Below are positions 8,326 through 14,977 of a DNA stretch of 36,416 bases, in pieces (position 1 is the first letter of the stretch; every line of letters begins with the position of its first letter). Below the pieces are notes generated by a model. The model did no database searches. It was not told the origin of the DNA and saw nothing but the letters and a program-made list of their open reading frames with translations. The position numbers were made by a program, and so were the translations under genes. The stretch lies in the IMG/VR virus record IMGVR_UViG_2648501873_000005; one strand, 5' to 3'. Source of the DNA: a virus. Its lineage: Duplodnaviria; Heunggongvirae; Uroviricota; Caudoviricetes.

Positions 8326-8326
8326 T

Positions 8327-8794
8327 ATGAACCGTGTTCTGTGTGTGGTGATTATTGTCCTGCTGGTAGCCTGTGGTGTGCTTAGTCTGGGGCTGAATCA
8401 TTACCGCGATAACGCCATCACCTACAAAGCGCAGCGCGATAAAAAAGTCAGTGAGCTGAAACTGGCGAACGCGACAATTACTGATATGCAGATACGCCAG
8501 CGTGATGTCGCTGAACTTGATGCCAGATACTCGAGGGAATTAGCCGATGCGAGAGCTGAAAATGAAACTCTGCGTGCTGATGTTGCCGCTGGTCGTAAGC
8601 GCCTGCGGATCAACGCCACCTGCTCCGGTACCGTGCGTGAAGCCACCGGCACCTCCGGCGTGGATAATGCAACCGGCCCCCGACTGGCAGACACCGCTGA
8701 ACGGGATTATTTCATCCTCAGAGAACGGTTGATGACAATGCAGAAGCAGCTGGAAGGGGCACAGGACTATATCCGCACTCAGTGCCTGAACTAA
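8327..8794 (+). CDS. Rz: i-spanin Rz
   Basis: N-terminal transmembrane segment followed by [16 protein letters not shown] and C-terminal [16 protein letters not shown], closely matching lambda Rz as recalled. Confidence 0.85.
   Translation: MNRVLCVVIIVLLVACGVLSLGLNHYRDNAITYKAQRDKKVSELKLANATITDMQIRQRDVAELDARYSRELADARAENETLRADVAAGRKRLRINATCSGTVREATGTSGVDNATGPRLADTAERDYFILRERLMTMQKQLEGAQDYIRTQCLN
8547..8732 (+). CDS. Rz1: o-spanin Rz1 (outer-membrane lipoprotein), embedded in the +1 frame of Rz
   Basis: [22 protein letters not shown].. with a lipobox and proline-rich body ending [23 protein letters not shown], matching lambda Rz1 as recalled. Confidence 0.8.
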   Translation: MRELKMKLCVLMLPLVVSACGSTPPAPVPCVKPPAPPAWIMQPAPDWQTPLNGIISSSENG

Positions 8795-9132
8795 GTTTTG
8801 CTGATGCGCCGTATCGTCGCTGTATTCCCTCATTAACAGAGACCGCAGCCCGACAGGGAGACTCCTCTGCGCGAGTGTGCGGGGATAATCAAAAACGATA
8901 CACACCGGGGTTTACCGCGTTAACGGAGCGCGGCGTTGTCCCCTCATAGTCGCCAGTCCGGTGCGATGGTGGAAGAAACAGGACGATGTGTTACCTCGCA
9001 AGCCCTGTTATGTCATGTGTCTGATTTGTGATTTAAGTCGGATAATTGTCGTTGCCATTAAGCAGAGGATTGATGACCGACAGGGCGGCATTGTTAGAAT
9101 AAGACTTATTCTTATCTGTGCGGGGAATGAAA

Positions 9133-9459
9133 ATGAAAAGAAATCTTCCGTTAATTATTTTGTTGTCTTCTCTGGTTATGGGCTGTACGCAACATAAAAC
9201 AGATATGCCCCGACAGTTGGTTAAGGCATTACCACAATATCCGGCCTATGCAGCGGCAAATTATATAAAGGGACGGGTTGATGTGAGGTTTGATATTGGT
9301 GCTGATGGTACTGTCACCCGAATTGAGTTTATTCGTTCAGAGCCGCACCATCTGTTTGATGAGCAGGTTGTAAAGGCGATGGCAAAATGGCGATTTGAGA
9401 AGGACAGGCCGTGTAAAGGCGTGAAGAAAACGTTTATCTTTAGTCCTTCTGCACACTGA
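9133..9459 (+). CDS. Lipoprotein with a TonB C-terminal-like domain (moron)
   Basis: Signal peptide and lipobox (LVMGC). Body YPAYAAANYIKGRVDVRFDIGADGTVTRIEFIRSEPHHLFDEQVVKAMAKWRFE fits the TonB_C pattern (YP..A...G.V.V.F.I..G.V...I..S......A.....W.F). SD GGGGA 6 nt upstream. Start could be 9127. Confidence 0.55.
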   Translation: MKRNLPLIILLSSLVMGCTQHKTDMPRQLVKALPQYPAYAAANYIKGRVDVRFDIGADGTVTRIEFIRSEPHHLFDEQVVKAMAKWRFEKDRPCKGVKKTFIFSPSAH

Positions 9460-9590
9460 TTATTTCATCAGAAATTAATTATCACTCTGTTGTTATTCTG
9501 TACATCCCGGCAGGGTAAGTATTGTTCCGTCGGATATGAAGATGAAATATTGTTGGAGGACAGTGGGTACCTGCTCCTGTAACCGAACGT

Positions 9591-9791
9591 TCATTTCTCG
9601 TTATTTGTCATGCTGGCCGGGCGCAGATGCGTTGCATCTGTTGCCAGCCTTCTCCTGCAGGCTTCAATAACCCACGCTGAAAAGTTACCGGACCCTTTAT
9701 GCTCAAGGGCGATGTTGATCTGTTCAATCATGTGATTGGGGAAACGGATATTGCGGGTTGTGGTTCTGCGGGTACGGTTTTTCGATGACAT
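9591..9791 (-). CDS. Small DNA-binding-like protein, YlcI/DUF3950-like
   Basis: Minus-strand ORF starting MSSKNRTRRTTTRNIRFPNHMIEQINIALEHKGSGNFSAWVIEACRRRL with AAAGGAAATAAAT then ATG. Resembles DLP12 ylcI by position and sequence as recalled. Confidence 0.45.
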   Translation of the reverse strand: MSSKNRTRRTTTRNIRFPNHMIEQINIALEHKGSGNFSAWVIEACRRRLATDATHLRPASMTNNEK

Positions 9792-9832
9792 ATTTATTTC
9801 CTTTACTGATTGCCATATGACGGGGATTTTAC

Positions 9833-10198
9833 ATGGCTGAGCTTCGTACACTCCAGAGCAGAATCAAAACACTGAATACCCGACGGGTGAATATTCTGAA
9901 GGGTGAACAGCGTCGTGTCAGTGGCAGTGCACGTGTTTCCCTCAAGCGTCATATCTGGCTCAGGGACGCCGGGCAGTGCCGTCTCTGTGGTCGTGTGGTT
10001 GACCTCTGTGACAGTGAACTCGATCACCGAATTGCACTTCAGTTCGGTGGTGGTAATGAGGAGACGAATCTCTGGACGCTCTGTACCGAATGCCATCGAC
10101 AAAAGTCTGCTCGTGAAGCGGCGAGTGATATGCCGGACCCGACGCTGCCGGAGGTGTCCGGAGGTAGTGGCAGAGAGGACGACATCATCGGACTGTAA
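9833..10198 (+). CDS. HNH endonuclease (packaging-associated)
   Basis: HNH motif CGRVVDLCDSELDHRIALQFGGGNEETNLWTLCTECHRQK. Sits directly upstream of the cos-like region and terminase, as in HK97-like phages. Confidence 0.8.
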   Translation: MAELRTLQSRIKTLNTRRVNILKGEQRRVSGSARVSLKRHIWLRDAGQCRLCGRVVDLCDSELDHRIALQFGGGNEETNLWTLCTECHRQKSAREAASDMPDPTLPEVSGGSGREDDIIGL

Positions 10199-10488
10199 CC
10201 CGACCCCGGGGGGGTATCATCCGGCGTAAAAAACGATCGCTTTGGACACCGCGCCCCCTCTCACGCAGAGAAAAAATTCCCGTTTCAGGGCAGTTAACAT
10301 GTTAACTGGCTGCCCGGGCATTTTTGCGGTTTTTATCTTTATTATTCAGTTTGTTGTGCGGAAAAAATGTTAACAGGCTTTTTCAGCAAATGTTAACCAG
10401 GCAGCAGTTAACATTTGCGGCATGAGACGCCGGGAAAAATGGGCTGAACCATACCCGGCTGAGTGCGTTCTGGACCCGGGAGGAGGCT
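10199..10488 (+). promoter_or_regulatory. Putative cos / terminase recognition region with clustered GTTAAC motifs
   Basis: Five GTTAAC palindromes at 10303, 10311, 10369, 10392 and 10407, mostly as ATGTTAAC or GTTAACAT, in the non-coding gap between HNH and TerS. Confidence 0.45.
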
Positions 10489-11052
10489 GTGCTGACAACG
10501 CAAAAACGAAAATTTGCGCTGGCGCTCATGTCCGGGAAAAACAAAACAGCGTCAGCCATTGCCGCCGGTTATTCGGCGAAGACCGCCAGGGTTAAAGGCT
10601 CGCAGCTGGCAAAAGATCCTGAGGTGCTTGCGTTTATAGCCCGTAAACAATGCGAGACGGTGGAGGTGGATGAGGTTCCTGTTTACCGGCAGAAAAAATC
10701 AGAGCAGGAGGATAAACCCCGTCGCCGTGAGGCGGCTGCAATACCACAGCCGGACGAAAACAATCTGGAGATGCCACCGTCCGCGGTGATGTCTCCTGGT
10801 ATTGAATATATGGAGGATGGTCTTCCCGATCCGGTGAAAGCCATGGGGCGGATCCTGGTGGAAAACCTCTGCATTGATCCGAAACTGGCACTGGATGCGG
10901 CCTGGCGTCTGGCGCAGTTCACGCACCATAAAAAAGGGGATACCGGGAAAAAATCGGCAAAAGGTGATGCCGCGAAAAAAGCGGCTAACCGTTTTGCGGT
11001 GCCACCGCCCCCCCGACTGGTGGTGAATAACGATAATGAGGGCAACGGATGA
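10489..11052 (+). CDS. Terminase small subunit
   Basis: 187 aa, GTG start after GGAGGAGG. N-terminal helix-turn-helix-like region; overlaps TerL start by 4 bp (ATGA). Confidence 0.75.
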   Translation: MLTTQKRKFALALMSGKNKTASAIAAGYSAKTARVKGSQLAKDPEVLAFIARKQCETVEVDEVPVYRQKKSEQEDKPRRREAAAIPQPDENNLEMPPSAVMSPGIEYMEDGLPDPVKAMGRILVENLCIDPKLALDAAWRLAQFTHHKKGDTGKKSAKGDAAKKAANRFAVPPPPRLVVNNDNEGNG

Positions 11053-12710
11053 TACCTGTATGGAGCACAGCCTGCCCGGACTGGGCAGAGCGCCTGAAAA
11101 AGGGGCTGTCGATTATTCCGGATCCGATTTATCCGGACGAGGCCGCACATGCCCTGGCGATTTTTAAACAACTGCGGATTGTGGATGCACCTGGTAGCCC
11201 TACGTTCGGGGAGTCCTGTGCACCGTGGGTGTTTGACCTGGTGGCGGCCCTGTTTGGCTCCTACGATGCGCAGACCGGTGTACGCCATATCAAGGAAGTT
11301 TTTATCCTTATCCCCAAGAAAAACTCGAAGTCCACGCTGGCCGCGGGGATCATGATGACTGCACTGTTACTGAACTGGCGGCAGGCGGCGGGTTACACGA
11401 TTCTGGCCCCGACTGTGGAGGTGGCGGCCAACGCCTTCAACCCTGCCCGGGATATGGTACGACGTGACGATGATCTGGATGACCTCTGCCAGGTACAGAC
11501 CCATATCCGGACCATCACCCACCGAGTGACGGACACCACCCTGAAGGTGGTGGCAGCCGATCCGAATACGGTGTCCGGTATCAAGTCCGTGGGTACGCTG
11601 ATTGATGAGTTGTGGCTGTTTGGCAAGCAGTGCAAGGCGGAGGACATGTTACGTGAAGCCATAGGCGGCCTTGCCTCCCGCCCGGAAGGGTTTGTGGTGT
11701 ATACGACCACCCAGTCGAATGAACCGCCCGCCGGGGTGTTCAGACAGAAACTGCAGTACGCCCGGGATGTGCGCGACGGCAAAATTCATGATCCGCACTT
11801 TCTGCCGGTGATATTTGAACACCCTCCTGAAATGGTGGAAAGCGGGGCTAACCTGCTGATGGAAAACCTCGCCATGGTCAATCCGAATCTCGGCTATTCA
11901 GTGGATGAGGCCTTTCTGTACCGGGAGTACCGTAAAGCCCGGGAAGCCGGTGAAGAGACATTCCGGGGGTTCATGTCAAAACACGCCAATGTGGAAATTG
12001 GTCTTGCCCTGCGCTCTGACCGCTGGGCGGGGGCTGATTTCTGGGAAGAGCAGGGCCGTTGTATCAGCCTGGACGATATCCTGCGTCGTGCTGATGTGGT
12101 GACGGTGGGGATTGACGGCGGAGGGCTGGATGATCTGCTGGGGATGTATGTGATTGGGCGTGACCGGGAGACCCGCGAATGGCTGGGCTGGGGCCATGCC
12201 TGGGCGCATGAAACCGCGGTGGTCCGACGGAAGAGCGAGGCGTCCCGGTTTCAGGATCTTGTTGCCTGTGGAGATATGACCATTGTCCGGCGTGTCGGGG
12301 ATGACACGGCGGAAGTGGCGGAATATGTGCGTCGCATTCATGAGGCTGAGTTACTGGACCATATCGGTATTGACCCGTCAGGGGTGGGGCAGATTCTGGA
12401 TTCACTGGCGGAAGCCGGGATCCCCGACGGAATTGTGGTGGGGATAAGCCAGGGCTGGAAACTGGGCGGGGCCATTAAAACCACCGAGCGCAAACTGGCT
12501 GAAGGGGTGCTGGTGCATGGTGACCAGCCCCTGATGGCCTGGTGTGTCGGCAATGCCCGGGTGGAGCCTAAAGGTAACGCCATTCTTATCACCAAACAGG
12601 CCAGTGGACGGGGAAAAATTGACCCGCTGATGGCGCTGTTCAATGCGGTCTCCCTGATGTCCCTTAACCCGGAACCGAAAAAGAAAGAATATGCGGTTTT
12701 TTTCATATAA
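11049..12710 (+). CDS. Terminase large subunit
   Basis: 553 aa, directly downstream of and overlapping TerS, with HK97-like ATPase/nuclease architecture. Family by recall. Confidence 0.85.
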   Translation: MIPVWSTACPDWAERLKKGLSIIPDPIYPDEAAHALAIFKQLRIVDAPGSPTFGESCAPWVFDLVAALFGSYDAQTGVRHIKEVFILIPKKNSKSTLAAGIMMTALLLNWRQAAGYTILAPTVEVAANAFNPARDMVRRDDDLDDLCQVQTHIRTITHRVTDTTLKVVAADPNTVSGIKSVGTLIDELWLFGKQCKAEDMLREAIGGLASRPEGFVVYTTTQSNEPPAGVFRQKLQYARDVRDGKIHDPHFLPVIFEHPPEMVESGANLLMENLAMVNPNLGYSVDEAFLYREYRKAREAGEETFRGFMSKHANVEIGLALRSDRWAGADFWEEQGRCISLDDILRRADVVTVGIDGGGLDDLLGMYVIGRDRETREWLGWGHAWAHETAVVRRKSEASRFQDLVACGDMTIVRRVGDDTAEVAEYVRRIHEAELLDHIGIDPSGVGQILDSLAEAGIPDGIVVGISQGWKLGGAIKTTERKLAEGVLVHGDQPLMAWCVGNARVEPKGNAILITKQASGRGKIDPLMALFNAVSLMSLNPEPKKKEYAVFFI

Positions 12711-12734
12711 CCCTGTTCACACTGTAACCATCAC

Positions 12735-12756
12735 GAACCGCTCCGGCGGTTTTTTT
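12735..12756 (+). terminator. Hairpin plus U-tract between terminase and capsid gene
   Basis: AACCGC-TCCG-GCGGTT followed by TTTTTTATTTT, just before the ribosome-binding site of the next gene. Confidence 0.4.
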
Positions 12757-12773
12757 ATTTTCAGGAGGCTGAT

Positions 12774-14711
12774 GTGACTCTTAAACGGGCCTGTTCCCTG
12801 CTGACGGTGAAATCCTTCAGTGAGGATGAACGGGTGATCACCGGGATTGCGTCAACGCCTTCTCCGGATCGGGATGGTGACATCCTGGAGCCGGAGGGCG
12901 CGGAGTTTGGCAGTGCGATCCCGTTTCTCTGGCAGCATGACCATTCCCGCCCGGTGGGGCAGTGTACGGTGCGCCGGGTCAGCGAAGGGCTGGAAATCAC
13001 GGCAACACTGGTGAAGCCCGTACCGGATATGCCGTCGCAACTGGCTGCCCGGCTGGATGAGGTCTGGGCGGCCATTAAGACCGGGCTGGTCAGGGGGCTG
13101 TCCGTGGGCTTCCGTCCCCATGAATACACCTTTCTGGACGGAGGCGGACTGCATTTTCTGCGCTGGGAACTGATGGAGGTGTCTGCCGTCACCGTGCCCG
13201 CGAATGCGGAATGCACCATCCGGACCATTAAATCTTACGACCGCCCGTTTTCTGCCGCGTCCGGCAACCGGAAACCGGTGGTGAAAATCGCATCTTCTGC
13301 CGGCGCTGCGGCACAGTCAACAACCGTTTTTCATAAGGAAAAGACCATAATGAATATTGGCGAACAGATTAAAAGTTTTGAAAACAAGCGTGCAGCGCTG
13401 GCAGCCTCCCTTGAGGAGGTCATGACCAAAGCCGCAGAGGAAGGGCGCACGCTGGATGTGGAGGAGGAAGAGCATTACGACAACACCGCAGCGGAAATCC
13501 GTCAGGTGGATGCGCACCTGAAGCGCCTGCGTGAACTGGAAGCCGGTAAGGCCGCCACGGCGCAGCCGGTGAAACAGGCCGGTAACGGGAATGTGGCCGC
13601 GGTGGCTTCTGCGCCGGTGATCCGTGTGGAGCAGAAACTGGATAAGGGGATTGGCTTCGCCCGCTTTGCCAAATCGCTGGCTGCGGCTAAAGGCGTCCGA
13701 TCTGAAGCCCTGGAAGTGGCCCGTCGTCAGTATCCGGATGACAGTCGTCTGCATCATGTCCTGAAATCGGCAGTGGGCGCGGGGACCACCACGGATCCGC
13801 AGTGGGCAGGCAGCCTGTCTGAATATCAGGAATACGCACAGGACTTTATTGATTACCTGCGTCCGCAGACCATTATCGGGCGATTTGGTCAGGGCGGGAT
13901 CCCTGCACTTCGTCAGGTGCCATTCAATATCCGTGTGCACGCCCAGGTGTCCGGCGGTGCTGCCGGCTGGGTGGGTGAGGGTAAGGCAAAACCCCTGACG
14001 AAGTTTGATTTTGAATCCATCACCTTCAGTCATGCGAAGGTGTCGGCCATTGCGGTACTGACGGAAGAATTGATCCGTTTTTCCAGTCCGGCTGCTGATG
14101 CACTGGTCCGTAATGCGCTGGCGGAAGCGGTGGTGGCGCGTCTGGATACAGACTTTGTGGACCCGAAAAAAGCCGCAGTGGCAGATGTCTCCCCGGCGTC
14201 CATCACCCATGATGTGAAGGGCACGGCATCAACCGGTAACCCGGATGCGGATGCAGAGGCTGCGTTTGGACAGTTTGTGGCAGCAAACCTGCAGCCCACC
14301 GGTGCGGTCTGGCTGATGTCCAGCACCAATGCCCTGGCACTGTCCATGCGTAAAAATGCGCTGGGTCAGAAGGAATACCCGGACATGACCCTGCTGGGTG
14401 GCTCCTTCCAGGGGCTGCCGGTGATTGTCTCCCAGTACGTGGGTGACCAGCTGGTGCTGGTGAATGCCCCGGATATTTATCTGGCGGATGACGGCGGCGT
14501 GGCAGTGGATATGTCCCGCGAGGCATCACTGGAAATGCAGTCTGAGCCGACCGGCGACAGTACCACGCCGTCCCCGGTGGAGCTGGTTTCCATGTTCCAG
14601 ACAGGCAGCGTGGCCATCCGTGCGGAGCGCTGGATCAACTGGCGTCGTCGCCGTACTGCGGCGGTGGCGGTGATCACCGGAGTGAACTACGGCAGTGCGT
14701 CCGGCGGCTGA
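12774..14711 (+). CDS. Prohead protease fused to major capsid protein (HK97 family)
   Basis: 645 aa, GTG start after AGGAGG. The N-terminal ~180 aa fit the HK97 prohead protease pattern (TGIASTPSPDRDGDILEP..VSAVTVPAN); the remainder has a coiled-coil delta-like region and a capsid-like domain. Confidence 0.75.
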   Translation: MTLKRACSLLTVKSFSEDERVITGIASTPSPDRDGDILEPEGAEFGSAIPFLWQHDHSRPVGQCTVRRVSEGLEITATLVKPVPDMPSQLAARLDEVWAAIKTGLVRGLSVGFRPHEYTFLDGGGLHFLRWELMEVSAVTVPANAECTIRTIKSYDRPFSAASGNRKPVVKIASSAGAAAQSTTVFHKEKTIMNIGEQIKSFENKRAALAASLEEVMTKAAEEGRTLDVEEEEHYDNTAAEIRQVDAHLKRLRELEAGKAATAQPVKQAGNGNVAAVASAPVIRVEQKLDKGIGFARFAKSLAAAKGVRSEALEVARRQYPDDSRLHHVLKSAVGAGTTTDPQWAGSLSEYQEYAQDFIDYLRPQTIIGRFGQGGIPALRQVPFNIRVHAQVSGGAAGWVGEGKAKPLTKFDFESITFSHAKVSAIAVLTEELIRFSSPAADALVRNALAEAVVARLDTDFVDPKKAAVADVSPASITHDVKGTASTGNPDADAEAAFGQFVAANLQPTGAVWLMSSTNALALSMRKNALGQKEYPDMTLLGGSFQGLPVIVSQYVGDQLVLVNAPDIYLADDGGVAVDMSREASLEMQSEPTGDSTTPSPVELVSMFQTGSVAIRAERWINWRRRRTAAVAVITGVNYGSASGG

Positions 14712-14755
14712 GTCTGATAAGGAGGACGGGAGGCGTGCGCCTCCCGTAACAGGTT

Positions 14756-14977
14756 ATGGCAAAGATCCGATATCTGCAGGGCACGCATGATGCCCGGGCC
14801 GGGGATATCCGTGATGTGGCACAGCCGTGTGCGGAGGTGCTGGTTCGCCTGGGAAAGGCGGAGTACATCACGGTGCGACGTCCGGCAGGTCAGAAAAAGA
14901 AACGTGATGCGGAGCATGGCGAATGTGGAACCTTTTACGGCGAACCCGAAAAAACCAGAAATCAGGACGTGACGTAA
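14756..14977 (+). CDS. Small hypothetical ORF (73 aa), doubtful
   Basis: ORF between capsid and portal with no clear ribosome-binding site; overlaps the putative portal start. Confidence 0.2.
   Translation: MAKIRYLQGTHDARAGDIRDVAQPCAEVLVRLGKAEYITVRRPAGQKKKRDAEHGECGTFYGEPEKTRNQDVT

Noticed and set aside
8800-9117. bor-like lipoprotein gene on the minus strand downstream of Rz
   Set aside because: No minus-strand ORF with a signal peptide and lipobox in this interval; the only lipoprotein is the + strand TonB_C-like ORF at 9133-9459.
13317-14210. 297-aa minus-strand ORF inside the capsid gene
   Set aside because: Antisense shadow ORF within a well-supported + strand capsid gene; Cys/His/Arg-rich composition typical of GC-rich antisense frames.
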